This document shows positions 1-9,697 of a DNA stretch of 32,000 bases, piece after piece (within the stretch, counting starts at the first letter, position 1; each line of letters opens with the position of its first letter). Origin of the DNA: Gammaproteobacteria bacterium (GTDB lineage: Bacteria > Pseudomonadota > Gammaproteobacteria > S012-40); assembly GCA_029881255.1 (NCBI GenBank), contig JAOUMY010000004.1, positions 53,313-85,312 on the forward strand, in the 5' to 3' direction. Made by a program: the position numbers and the translations under genes. Below the pieces are notes generated by a model that saw only the letters and a program-made list of their open reading frames with translations, was not told where the DNA came from and ran no database searches.

Positions 1-2710
1 AAGTTTCCCAGCTATCCAGAAGAATGTCATAGCGGTGAACTGAGCGAACAAAATCTTGAGAGTTCTCGGAATTTATCTGACCGCCGATATAGTAGAGAGA
101 GTCGTCCTGGGCAAGTAAGGCGGCGTAGCGCCGGTTTTGCAAAACTTCCGCGCCTTTTTGCCATGAATCGGTCTCCGGGTCGAGGACCAGGATGTTATGC
201 GTATGGGTGGCATCTGAACTCGTAGGGATATCGGAATCGTCTATCGTCTCGGTTTGCGTATCCACAATTGTTTGTCGGTCGCCGCCAACCACGTAAATCT
301 TTCCATCCAATGCCGTAGCACTGGCACCGTAGAGCGTGTATGGCAACGAGGGCCCTTTACGCCATGAGTTGCTCGTCGTTTCAAATATATCGACATCGGT
401 TAACACGGTATCTTTCCTGGTAACTCCACCAATCACGTAAATGTCAGTGCCGAGTACTGCGCTAGCGCTCGCATATCTAACGAAGGGTAGCGAGACGTGA
501 GTGCGCCACTGGTCGGCTGGAATACTGTACGACTGAACCGCATTGGTAATTTCACGTGTGTCCGCCGTTATGCCCCCAATTAAATAGACGGACTCACCGA
601 CTTGCGCGTTTGTCGAAAGTAAGTGTATCGCAGCGGGGTTCTTTCGCGGATACCAGAGATTTTCTTTAAACGAAAAGTTGGCGCTCTGTTTGACAGGGAT
701 ATCGCCAATCAACCCACCAAGAATAAACAGGTGACCATTCAATAAATAGCTATGGTAATGCTCTCGCTGATCGATCATTTGCGCGACATTCACCCAGGAA
801 CTGTTTTCGCTTACACCGGATAGGCTAAAATTCTCCATCACTTCGAAGTTATTGAGCAATTTTTGTTCAACGTCATAACCATTTATCCGGTACAAATTAT
901 TGTCCGCGTAAATAATTTGCGCATGTTCCATGGGCTTGGACAGTGGTGAAACTTCGCTACCGGATGTCCAACTGTTATTGCTTAAGTCGTAGACAGCGAT
1001 ATTATCGGTTATACCATCCGGGGTACGGCCGCCAGCAATAATTATTTTGTTCCCGGTCTGCGTGAGAGCGAAACGACTTCTTGCAATGCTTAAACTTGGA
1101 CCCTGCCCACCGACTAGTTCGATTTGTCCGGGCGATACAAGAAAGACAGATACGGAATCTAGCGGGTTGCCATCGATATCTTCGCCACCAAAATAGAAAA
1201 TATATTTTCCATCACTACTGGTAACACATCCACCATAGGCGCGAGGCGTGTCGATGACGGCAGACGAATTCGGTGGCTCCAACTGCTCTTGTTTGAGGTT
1301 TAGAATGTCAATGTTTGTTTGTATCTTCGATATATAGCTGGAGATTCCGCCAAGCACATAGGCATAGTCGCCTGAGACGCAAACGCTATGTCCATGTCGA
1401 TAACTGTTGGCAGACCGGGTGCCATCGAAGCGATTGTTGTCGAAATTATAGGTAGCCATTTCTATCGACGTTTTGCCGTCGGGTGTCTGTCCACCGTGAA
1501 CGTAAATCGTATTTTTGTATCTGAAGGTTGCTGCATCCTTCAGGCCGTGTTCAAACGCTAGGTTAAACAGACGCGTGTTTTCCGGGAAATACACGGCGAG
1601 TTCATCACCCAATGGCAAGGGAGAATCATAAATGGCTTGAAGACGGTAGTAATAGGTAGTTCCCGGCGTCAGTTGTTGGTGTTGATAGCTTACAATTTTG
1701 TTTAGGGAAATTCTGGCACTTTGATCGGTGACTCCGGGTTGCTTGCTCCAGAACAAATTGTAGCCGCTCGCATCCATGTCTTCCCAGAATAGTGCAATAC
1801 CATCGCTGTCCACTTGTTTTACATTAATGCCAGCAATGATGCTTACTCCAATCTCGCGCTCGATATTTTTGAATAAGGCGCGGATCGTTACGGTGCCAGG
1901 GCGTTTGGCTGTGACTATTCCCGTCGTGCCTTCGACGGTGGCTGTATTTGCATCAACGCTTGACCACTTGAGGCGGCGATTGACTTCACCATGATTGCCA
2001 TCGCTAAAAACGCCGTCACTGATCAGTTTGATGCGCTTGCCGGTAACAACAACCTTACCCGGTGGCGTGATCTCGAAGTCGACGAGTTCAGGTAGTATGT
2101 TTATCGCGACTTCCCCTGTAAGTTGTCCAAATTTTACGTATATGGTGACGTCACCGTATCCCGTCGCTTCAAGAATTCCCCCCTCATTTATGACGGCGAT
2201 GTTCTCATTGCTGGTAGACCACTCAAGTCCTTCTTCGATGCGTCGAAATCGGCCTTCTCCCAAATTGCCGAGTGCATCTACGCGTATGGTATCTCCTTGA
2301 GTAATTTTTGAAATGCCGACAGAAGGGAAAACAGCGGTGATTTCGGGGAGAGGTTTTATCAATAGCGGGAGTTCTTGTTCCATTTTTTCAAAGTAGACTC
2401 TGATGACAACTTCGCCAGGTTCGTGAGTCGTAAGTTCCCCGTTACGCGTGATGCGCGCGATTTTCTCGTCACTACTAACCCAGTTAACTTTGTCGCTGAT
2501 ATCTTTTTCGATTTTTTCATCATAAATACCATAGGCGTATAGCCGGTCTGAGTTGCCTATCGTATAGGTGAGTTCAGAAGAATAAATTCGTATACCGGTG
2601 AGTTTAGGTTGAGCGCCGAAGGGATTTGCCTGATTACCCCCGCCACAACTCGTTAGCACGAGTAGACATGCACAGAGGATCAATGTTGAAATTTTGCGGG
2701 CAGGGGCCAT
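1..2710 (-). CDS. Putative surface/secreted lipoprotein with Big_2-like, FnIII-like and Kelch repeats (3' end beyond window start)
   Basis: Absent from the ORF track because it runs off the edge. Reverse translation from ATG at 2710 gives MAPARKISTLILCACLLVLTSCGGGNQANPFG (lipobox LTSC). The same frame gives RRLKWSSVDANTATVEGTTGIVTAKRPGTVTIRA (Big_2-like, ~1890-1980) and TIYVHGGQTPDGKTSIEMATYNFDNNRFDGTRSANSYRHGHSVCVSGDYAYVLGG (Kelch-like, ~1340-1510). I checked frame consistency at these three places only. Confidence 0.8.
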   Translation of the reverse strand, partial: MAPARKISTLILCACLLVLTSCGGGNQANPFGAQPKLTGIRIYSSELTYTIGNSDRLYAYGIYDEKIEKDISDKVNWVSSDEKIARITRNGELTTHEPGEVVIRVYFEKMEQELPLLIKPLPEITAVFPSVGISKITQGDTIRVDALGNLGEGRFRRIEEGLEWSTSNENIAVINEGGILEATGYGDVTIYVKFGQLTGEVAINILPELVDFEITPPGKVVVTGKRIKLISDGVFSDGNHGEVNRRLKWSSVDANTATVEGTTGIVTAKRPGTVTIRALFKNIEREIGVSIIAGINVKQVDSDGIALFWEDMDASGYNLFWSKQPGVTDQSARISLNKIVSYQHQQLTPGTTYYYRLQAIYDSPLPLGDELAVYFPENTRLFNLAFEHGLKDAATFRYKNTIYVHGGQTPDGKTSIEMATYNFDNNRFDGTRSANSYRHGHSVCVSGDYAYVLGGISSYISKIQTNIDILNLKQEQLEPPNSSAVIDTPRAYGGCVTSSDGKYIFYFGGEDIDGNPLDSVSVFLVSPGQIELVGGQGPSLSIARSRFALTQTGNKIIIAGGRTPDGITDNIAVYDLSNNSWTSGSEVSPLSKPMEHAQIIYADNNLYRINGYDVEQKLLNNFEVMENFSLSGVSENSSWVNVAQMIDQREHYHSYLLNGHLFILGGLIGDIPVKQSANFSFKENLWYPRKNPAAIHLLSTNAQVGESVYLIGGITADTREITNAVQSYSIPADQWRTHVSLPFVRYASASAVLGTDIYVIGGVTRKDTVLTDVDIFETTSNSWRKGPSLPYTLYGASATALDGKIYVVGGDRQTIVDTQTETIDDSDIPTSSDATHTHNILVLDPETDSWQKGAEVLQNRRYAALLAQDDSLYYIGGQINSENSQDFVRSVHRYDILLDSWET

Positions 2711-3030
2711 GGCCTTATATTTTTCCCTCGGGTATTGGCGTTATTCTAATGGCTTTCTTGAGGTGATGCATCGCCGTTAACGAACTGGTTATGCTAGTCA
2801 TGGGGGCTGAAGCATGAATTAATTCGCTTGTTTGTATATCTTGTTGTATTTAAAGAGTAAATATGATTGGATTCTTCTGAGTGCCTGGCCAGTGCTTACA
2901 TAAGCTCATCTGGCGCGGGAATTCGATTGACGACTAGTGGTCTTAGACATTCTTAAGGCAAGGTAGTGGTGTAACAAAATCCAGGGTTTGATTTCTAAAG
3001 TAGTGGTGGTATGTGAAGAAAGGATCATCC

Positions 3031-3519
3031 ATGAACAGACAATTGGCGACGGTATTCGTTTTGATGTTTGCCCTATTGCCCGCGACAGGGCAGGCATTTC
3101 AATTTTTGAAAGACTTCCAGGGAAATATCAAAAGCCTGACGGATTATACCGGCAAAGGTAAGTGGACGGTGGTAATGATGTGGGCGCATGACTGTCATGT
3201 GTGCAATCAGGAGGCCCATCAGTATGTGAAATTTCACACGGCGCATAAAGACAGGGACGCAATCGTGCTGGGAATCTCTATGGATGGATTGGAAAAAAAG
3301 AAGGAAGCGGAGAGTTTTGTTCAGCGCCACAAACTGAATTTTGACAATCTCTATGGCGAGCCCGAAGCATTGGCTGAGGCGTTCGAAAACTTGACCGGGG
3401 TTTCCTGGTTTGGTACGCCGACGTTTCTATTCTTTAATCCCAAAGGGGAGATTATGGCGCAACAGGTCGGCGCAGTACCCCCTAAATTGATCGAACAGTT
3501 TATGGTCAATAATCCCTAG
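3031..3519 (+). CDS. TlpA-like periplasmic thioredoxin-fold protein
   Basis: Signal peptide MNRQLATVFVLMFALLPATGQA, WTVVMMWAHDCHVCNQEA (CxxC = CHVC), late cis-Pro region WFGTPTFLFFNPKGEI. AAGAAAGGA lies upstream of the ATG at 3031; the track start (GTG 3013) is less likely. Confidence 0.85.
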   Translation: MNRQLATVFVLMFALLPATGQAFQFLKDFQGNIKSLTDYTGKGKWTVVMMWAHDCHVCNQEAHQYVKFHTAHKDRDAIVLGISMDGLEKKKEAESFVQRHKLNFDNLYGEPEALAEAFENLTGVSWFGTPTFLFFNPKGEIMAQQVGAVPPKLIEQFMVNNP

Positions 3520-4484
3520 CGCACGCAATTACGAGGGGTGCCATTTGCGAAGGCGTTAATGTTGCGGGTGATCTCGTTTAACAATTCCTGTCTTGCCCGT
3601 TGACCGGCCCAGGCGACGTGAGGTGTCAGGATGAGATTGGGGATATCGTTTGCCAGCAAAGGATTGCTGGCAATCGGCGGTTCCTTGCTCAAGACATCGA
3701 TTCCAGCACCGGCAATTTGACCTGCACGCAGCGCCGATGCTAAAGCACTCTCGTCTACTATCCCCCCACGGGCGGTATTAATCAGAAAGGCGCTTTTTTT
3801 CATTAATGTCAGTTCGCGAGTCGAAATCAGGTTTTGCGTGAATTCACTAAGCGGGCAATGCAGAGTGACAATGTCTGCAATGCGCAACAAATCATCCAGT
3901 GGGACTCGATCGCCGGATGATGATGGTTGGATATTCGTGGTCTGTAGCGATTGAGCGACCAGAACCTTCATGCCGAAGGCGCCGGCCATTTGCGCAACGC
4001 CTCGTCCCAGCTCCCCATAACCGACTATTCCCAGCGTCAGCGCATTCAACTCGACCATAGGATAATCGAGTACACAAAAATAAGGACTGCGCTGCCACTG
4101 ACCATCGTGCGCGGCCCGGTGATGTTGAAAAAGATTGCGTGTTAACGCCAGCATCAAACCGAATACGTGTTCGACTACCGATGCCGTCGCGTATCCGCGT
4201 GCATTGGCGACGGTTATTCCCAGACGAGTAGCCGCGTTTATGTCGATATTGTTATAGCCGGTTGCAGCGACACAAATGAGTTTCAAATTCTTTGCGGCCT
4301 GCATGTGGATTTCGTTGATGACGACTTTGTTACTGATGATGACATCGGCATCCGCGATACGCGGCACTAGCTCGTCGGGAGTTGTTGTCGCATGTAGTAC
4401 GCATTTCGTGAGTGATTTTTCTAAGTCTGACAAGTCGAGATCCTGCGGATGCATGCTGTCCAGATCTAAAAACACACCTTTCAT
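3516..4484 (-). CDS. D-isomer-specific 2-hydroxyacid dehydrogenase
   Basis: NAD-binding GIVGYGELGRGVAQMAGAFGMKVL, CPLSEFTQNLISTRELTLMKKSAFLINTARGGIVDESAL, and ILTPHVAWAG catalytic His region. Confidence 0.92.
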   Translation of the reverse strand: MKGVFLDLDSMHPQDLDLSDLEKSLTKCVLHATTTPDELVPRIADADVIISNKVVINEIHMQAAKNLKLICVAATGYNNIDINAATRLGITVANARGYATASVVEHVFGLMLALTRNLFQHHRAAHDGQWQRSPYFCVLDYPMVELNALTLGIVGYGELGRGVAQMAGAFGMKVLVAQSLQTTNIQPSSSGDRVPLDDLLRIADIVTLHCPLSEFTQNLISTRELTLMKKSAFLINTARGGIVDESALASALRAGQIAGAGIDVLSKEPPIASNPLLANDIPNLILTPHVAWAGQRARQELLNEITRNINAFANGTPRNCVR

Positions 4485-5482
4485 TTTGTTGTTCCTGCGC
4501 TGGGTCTATTGGCGAGATCATGGAGATACTGCAATATGGCGTCTTTGGACTTAAGCAGACCCTTGTATTTTAAAACTTCGTCACTCATCGACTCGATAGC
4601 ATTAATCAAATTGCCGATTTCCTCCGACGTAAGCATTTTCACGTTTTCAATATAGGTCCGTATCATGAACAGATAGGCTTCAACTTTCGGGATTCCTACG
4701 AGGCACTGACGCTCGATGCGTACATACAATTCCGGTTTCTCCGGATTGAACTGACGACCTTTCCACGATACAGGATCGGTTCCTTCCGGCGGCTGTGGGT
4801 GGTGATTGAGTCGCCCATCTGTCGCGATTCCCCAGGCGAAGCGCACAAAGGGACCTTTCTGCAGGAATTGGCGTGACAATGTGTCGATACCGCGGTTGAT
4901 TTTTTCCATGTGAGGTACGGGAATATGGGCGCCGGCAAAACATTTTCCGACTTTTTCCTCTGCGGACCAGTGATTGGGAAAACATAAGTGCAAAGCGGCA
5001 ACCACGTCATGTTTGCCGTCGAGTTGCACCAGGGATACGTCTTCCTGCAAATGCGTGCAAATATAGTCGAATAGATCTGCATAGGGACGTAATGCGCCTG
5101 GGCTGCCGTCTATCGTTTCGATCAGCGTATAGTCTTCGCTGAAACGCGCGCGTGACTGATCGAGATCGCATTCCAGCGTAAACGTGCCATCTTTTTCACG
5201 ATAGGTTTTATACAGATCTGGGTATTCGGTATTCAGCTGGTTCAGTAATAGCGTGATGACTGCCCTGCGCGTGTCATCGCGAAAATCGCGGTAGAGATAG
5301 TACTTTTCCAGTGACTCCTCTCTTGATCGCTGTTTGGTCTGAAAATATTCAGACCAACGTTCGTCTATCTGAAAGACATGGTGATCCTGGGGATTGCCAA
5401 AATTTTTGTCCAGCGCAGATAAACCGGCCTTGATCTCAAAGCGACCACTGTTATAGGGACAATAGTGAGCAGGTTTAAACAT
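4481..5482 (-). CDS. DUF3445 / heme-dependent oxidative N-demethylase (HODM)-like protein
   Basis: 333 aa containing LHLCFPNHWSAEEKVGKCFAGAHIPVPHMEKIN and VRIERQCLVGIPKVEAYLFMIRTYI, recalled as characteristic of DUF3445. Overlaps the downstream dehydrogenase by 4 nt (coupled). Confidence 0.7.
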   Translation of the reverse strand: MFKPAHYCPYNSGRFEIKAGLSALDKNFGNPQDHHVFQIDERWSEYFQTKQRSREESLEKYYLYRDFRDDTRRAVITLLLNQLNTEYPDLYKTYREKDGTFTLECDLDQSRARFSEDYTLIETIDGSPGALRPYADLFDYICTHLQEDVSLVQLDGKHDVVAALHLCFPNHWSAEEKVGKCFAGAHIPVPHMEKINRGIDTLSRQFLQKGPFVRFAWGIATDGRLNHHPQPPEGTDPVSWKGRQFNPEKPELYVRIERQCLVGIPKVEAYLFMIRTYIENVKMLTSEEIGNLINAIESMSDEVLKYKGLLKSKDAILQYLHDLANRPSAGTTK

Positions 5483-5648
5483 GTGGGGGTTCCAATTCGC
5501 GTAGGTGAGAGCGTTTTGTCTTGAGACTATCGTATGAAGCTATGCGATGGCTATAATAAATGCGCTTAGTCTGGTCGACATAATTCATATCGACCGAAAT
5601 CTCTGCCTGGGCTGTCTCTATTTGTGGGCAGCGGTTCAAACAAAAACG

Positions 5649-6572
5649 GTGAATACTCTGTATCTGCAACTCGCTATGTTTCTCTTGCTGTTTGTCACCG
5701 GGCTTATTCTACGCCAGACCCGGCTTGCGGACAAAGGAATTGCCGCGTCATTACTCAATATTGTCGTCAATTTCGGCTTGCCATTGCTCATATTGGGATC
5801 GGTCACGCAAGTCAAACTGGCCGGATATTACTCCTGGTTTCCATTCATCGCGGCAACGGTGATGTTATCGCTGGGAGCCGTGGCCTATTTTTTTACCAGA
5901 CACAGCACGGTGCTTGAGCAAAAAAGTCGTGGTGTTGTGATTGTCGGCGTGATGATAATGAATCTATCTACGCTTTATCCATTCTTGTCCTGGGCATGGG
6001 GAGACGAAGCCGTAGCGCGTCTTGCATTGGTGGATTTCGGGAATGGTGTGATCGCCTTTAGCGTGGTGGTAATGATAGCCTCATGGCATGGCCGGGGGCA
6101 GGGCAGTGTTGCATCCTCATTGATACTGATGTTGCGGTTCCTGCCGTTCTGGGCATTGTGGCTGGGTTTACTGATTAACGGGTTTGACTGGTATTTTCCG
6201 GAATCGCTGTCGCGTTTCTGTCTTGAATTAGGTAAGTGGATTGTGGTGCTGGTCTTTCTCGCGCTGGGGCTTCATGTCAATATACGCATGGGATTACATC
6301 CCTGGATCTGGCGGACAATTGCTGTGCGTGTTATTGGTGGTCTTTTGTTATCCTCACTGTTGGCGTTTTTGTTACCCTTGGACCCGCTTTCTCGCGCCGT
6401 GGTAATCGTTGCGGGCGCGGCGCCGATTGGTTTCAATACGCTGGTATTCGCCATACGCGAAGATCTGGATCAGGATCTCGCGGCGACTATGGCGTCCTTG
6501 TCCGTGTTGGCCGGTATGATTTACATACCACTACTGATAGTCTTATTGGAACGTTGGCTTTTAGCCGCATAG
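5649..6572 (+). CDS. AEC (auxin efflux carrier)-family transporter
   Basis: Hydrophobic protein VNTLYLQLAMFLLLFVTGLILRQTRLADKGIAASLLNIVVNFGLPLLILGSV ending with AAPIGFNTLVFAIREDLDQDLAATMASLSVLAGMIYIPLLI. GTG at 5649 is a more sensible start than the track start 5547. Confidence 0.8.
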   Translation: MNTLYLQLAMFLLLFVTGLILRQTRLADKGIAASLLNIVVNFGLPLLILGSVTQVKLAGYYSWFPFIAATVMLSLGAVAYFFTRHSTVLEQKSRGVVIVGVMIMNLSTLYPFLSWAWGDEAVARLALVDFGNGVIAFSVVVMIASWHGRGQGSVASSLILMLRFLPFWALWLGLLINGFDWYFPESLSRFCLELGKWIVVLVFLALGLHVNIRMGLHPWIWRTIAVRVIGGLLLSSLLAFLLPLDPLSRAVVIVAGAAPIGFNTLVFAIREDLDQDLAATMASLSVLAGMIYIPLLIVLLERWLLAA

Positions 6573-6578
6573 GGAATT

Positions 6579-7628
6579 ATGCAATTCGATCTTTTCTACG
6601 AGCTGGCTGTGCCAGGCCATCTTGAGCGCAGTGAAAGCGAAACCTATCGCGAAGCGCTTTCGGAAATCGCCTATGCGGATGAATTGGGTTTTGGCTGTGC
6701 CTGGGTGGTGGAACACCATTTCATGCGAGAATATTCGCACCTGTCCAAACCTGAGATTTTCCTGGGCGCATTGTCGCAGCTCACGCGCAAAATACGACTC
6801 GGTCACGCAATTATTCCTCTTCCCTTGCATCACCCGGTGCATATCGCCGAACGCATTGCGACGCTGGATATATTGTCGCAAGGGCGTATAGAGGTTGGTA
6901 TCGGGCGCGGTTTCTCCCCACTGGAGTTTTCGGTGTTTGGTGCCGATATGTCTCAAAGCCGTCAACAAGTGGAATTTTCGCTACAAACGATACGCAATAG
7001 TTTTGAAGGACAGCCGCTTAGCTTTCTGGATAAACAGGGGACTGCGAAAACGTGTGACATCGTACCGCATACCGTTCAGCCAGAAGGTCCGCCGTTATGG
7101 ACCGCGGCGGTTAGCCCCGAAAGTTTTGAGTGGGCCGCACTACAACGATTGGGCGTGCTCGCCGGACCATTCAAACCCTGGTTTATGGTGAAACAGGATA
7201 TCGCGCGATTTCGCGAGTTGTGGAGTGACGAAACGCCGCCAAAAACTGGGATGACAGTTGGAATAGTTTGTCTTGAAGATGGCGATTTGGCGCGAAAATG
7301 GGCGGAAACTTCGCTCACCTGGTTTTATAAAGAGCTGTATCGCACAACGTTGCCAGTATTGGAGAGTTTGTATCCGGGATACGAACACTTTCATGGTCTG
7401 GGTAGATTTCGCAAATTGATCAAAATGGGCATTAATTTGCGGATGCTTGAAACCTTTGGCATGGCCGTGGTGGGTACACCGGAGCAATGTATAAAACGTT
7501 TACGCAAGTATCAACGCGCAGGCGTAAGTCATTTGTTATGCGCGATTGGGGCTGGTGCCATGCCTACGGAGTTAGTAAAAGAGAGTATGAAGTGTATTAG
7601 CGAAAAGGTTATGCCTGCGTTTAGATAA
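6579..7628 (+). CDS. LLM-class flavin-dependent oxidoreductase (luciferase-like)
   Basis: ALSEIAYADELGFGCAWVVEHHF, ATLDILSQGRIEVGIGRGFSPLEF, VGTPEQCIKRLRKYQRAGVSHLLC. Confidence 0.9.
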   Translation: MQFDLFYELAVPGHLERSESETYREALSEIAYADELGFGCAWVVEHHFMREYSHLSKPEIFLGALSQLTRKIRLGHAIIPLPLHHPVHIAERIATLDILSQGRIEVGIGRGFSPLEFSVFGADMSQSRQQVEFSLQTIRNSFEGQPLSFLDKQGTAKTCDIVPHTVQPEGPPLWTAAVSPESFEWAALQRLGVLAGPFKPWFMVKQDIARFRELWSDETPPKTGMTVGIVCLEDGDLARKWAETSLTWFYKELYRTTLPVLESLYPGYEHFHGLGRFRKLIKMGINLRMLETFGMAVVGTPEQCIKRLRKYQRAGVSHLLCAIGAGAMPTELVKESMKCISEKVMPAFR

Positions 7629-7629
7629 G

Positions 7630-8517
7630 ATGAAAGTTTTTATTACGGGCAGTAGCTCACATCTCGCACAGGCCTTGTTGCCGCGCTTGTGCAATGACAA
7701 AGATATCGAGCGGGTATCCGGTCTGGACATCCGACCTTCACGTTTTCACCATCCAAAATTCTTTCCGGTCATCGAAGATATTCGTAGCCGCCGGCTGCAG
7801 GCGAGACTACTTGGTCACGATGCGCTTATTCATATGGCCTATGTTGTACTGCGAGGAAGAATGTCCGAACAGACCATGCGCTCAGTCAATGTTGATGGCA
7901 CTTTACAGTTGTTTTCAACGGCACGGGAAGTCGGTATATCGCGGTTAATCAACCTTTCCAGTGCGGCAGTCTACGGAAGCGGTACCATGCTGAAAGAAGA
8001 GGCCGTGTTCAACCCGCTTCCCGATTTTCTGTATGCAGCACACAAGGTAGACGTTGAACGGCGATTGAAAAAAATTGCGCCACATATTATTCAACTGCGT
8101 CCGCATATCATTCTCGGCCCCTGTGCCCAACCCTTACTAAAACAGCTGTTACGATTACCTTTTTACATAAAACTGGCTGATCCACAGCCCCGGTTGCAGG
8201 CGGTACATGAATCCGATGTTGCTAATGCCATTATGCTTGCCTTGCGGACGACAGGGCAGGGCGCTTTTAATCTTGCACCGGATGATAGCTTGAGCTTTTA
8301 CGACATGATGTATTTACGCCGTAACTTCAATATTGGCATAACGCCAGAGTTGGCGTCCACACTGGTAAATCTGGCATGGAGGCTTACGGGATGGGGCGGC
8401 GAGACTGCCTGGGTGCAGGGCGCAAACAACAGTCTGACCTGTGATAATGGGCGTGCAAAAACTGTATTGGGTTGGCAGCCTATCTATACGACAGAGCAAG
8501 TCATTAAAAGCTGTTGA
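7630..8517 (+). CDS. NAD-dependent epimerase/dehydratase (extended SDR)
   Basis: MKVFITGSSSHLAQALLPRL (variant Rossmann glycine motif), NLSSAAVYGSG, YAAHKVDVER (variant YxxxK), LRPHIILGP. Confidence 0.88.
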   Translation: MKVFITGSSSHLAQALLPRLCNDKDIERVSGLDIRPSRFHHPKFFPVIEDIRSRRLQARLLGHDALIHMAYVVLRGRMSEQTMRSVNVDGTLQLFSTAREVGISRLINLSSAAVYGSGTMLKEEAVFNPLPDFLYAAHKVDVERRLKKIAPHIIQLRPHIILGPCAQPLLKQLLRLPFYIKLADPQPRLQAVHESDVANAIMLALRTTGQGAFNLAPDDSLSFYDMMYLRRNFNIGITPELASTLVNLAWRLTGWGGETAWVQGANNSLTCDNGRAKTVLGWQPIYTTEQVIKSC

Positions 8518-9379
8518 GATCCAGGCGAATATCGTAGCGTTGAAGCTGGCGCATAGTTGGCAATACGCATTTTTCAACGAGGTGTACTCGTTTGGGATTG
8601 CAACGCGCACGCTGTCGCCACAACCGTCCATTTGACAATCCTGCGTATTCATAAATCTTTTCATGCGGCAGATAGAACGCAGTCACAAATTCATTGAAGA
8701 TTCGATTGATCAGGGCTTGGGAGATATAACGTGAAAAACGTGAGGTGCGCGCCATGGCGCGATCTAATTGTTCGCGTGCAAACGCAATATGCCGAGCTTC
8801 ATCCTTGATATGTCGTGTACACATTTGTTGAATCACCGGATTGACTGAGGAAGAAGACTCTTTGCGTATAAACCGGTTCATTTTGTCAGGTACTTCTTCA
8901 CCGATAGTAACGACTAGCCAAAATAATGCGCTGTTAAACGGCAGATGAAGTCCGACGAAATTTGCTAAACCTGGCCACTGATTTTCTATACTGGGTATGG
9001 CAAGTTTTGCCCGATGCATGAGTTCGAGAAACATCAGGCTATGTCCCGCTTCTTCGCGTATCTCATGCAAGATATAGCGGTGTTCTGCAAGCGTTCTATT
9101 TTCTTTGCGCGTGGCCTCAATAAGACGTTTGAGAAAGATTTGCTCCAGCCATACCCCTGCCTGAATGATGCTGATAAATTCGTATTGACTGAGACGTTTT
9201 CTTTGAAATTCAGGCAAAGACTCAAATTCTGCCAATCCTGATAGCGAAATTGCGTCCGCTGGTAGCCAATAGTCATGGATTGAAAGCGCATCCCATTCAA
9301 TGGTCGTGAGAGGATCGGCATATCGGCTGCTGTTATGGGACAGATGCTCGGCTAAGGCACGACGGTTGGCTACGGGCAA
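8504..9379 (-). CDS. AurF-like diiron oxygenase
   Basis: Helical ferritin-like protein with AEHRYILHEIREEAGHSLMFLELM and CTRHIKDEARHIAFAREQL (DExRH-type diiron ligands). Convergent 14-nt overlap with the upstream SDR gene. Confidence 0.72.
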   Translation of the reverse strand: MPVANRRALAEHLSHNSSRYADPLTTIEWDALSIHDYWLPADAISLSGLAEFESLPEFQRKRLSQYEFISIIQAGVWLEQIFLKRLIEATRKENRTLAEHRYILHEIREEAGHSLMFLELMHRAKLAIPSIENQWPGLANFVGLHLPFNSALFWLVVTIGEEVPDKMNRFIRKESSSSVNPVIQQMCTRHIKDEARHIAFAREQLDRAMARTSRFSRYISQALINRIFNEFVTAFYLPHEKIYEYAGLSNGRLWRQRARCNPKRVHLVEKCVLPTMRQLQRYDIRLDLNSF

Positions 9380-9697
9380 ACGAATACTCCTGTTTTACAA
9401 GGGAGAAAATGCTTAGATAATCCGCAATATAGCACTATCTTTCGCGATTCTGAAACCGCGGTATTGGCCAGTTCAGCTCACCTATAGTGCGCCGCGGCAC
9501 TTGTCAGCCGCTGAAAATATTTCCACCCCACGATGTCGCGTGTTGCGTAGCAAGTCGATACTAACTTTGTATATCGGTACGGCGTGTCTCTGACTCTTGC
9601 GCTGACTCAATATAAAGCCAAGTCTTTGCGTTTGAAATTTAAGAAAAAATCATGTCCTGTCGAAATAGCGTATATGGCTAAATAGATAAGGGAAAAT

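Noticed and set aside
9380-9697. Promoter (sigma70, sigma28 or sigma54) for the motor operon
   Set aside because: TTGGCC...TATAGT spacing is too short (13 nt), and I found no convincing sigma28 or sigma54 consensus. Transcription mapping is needed.
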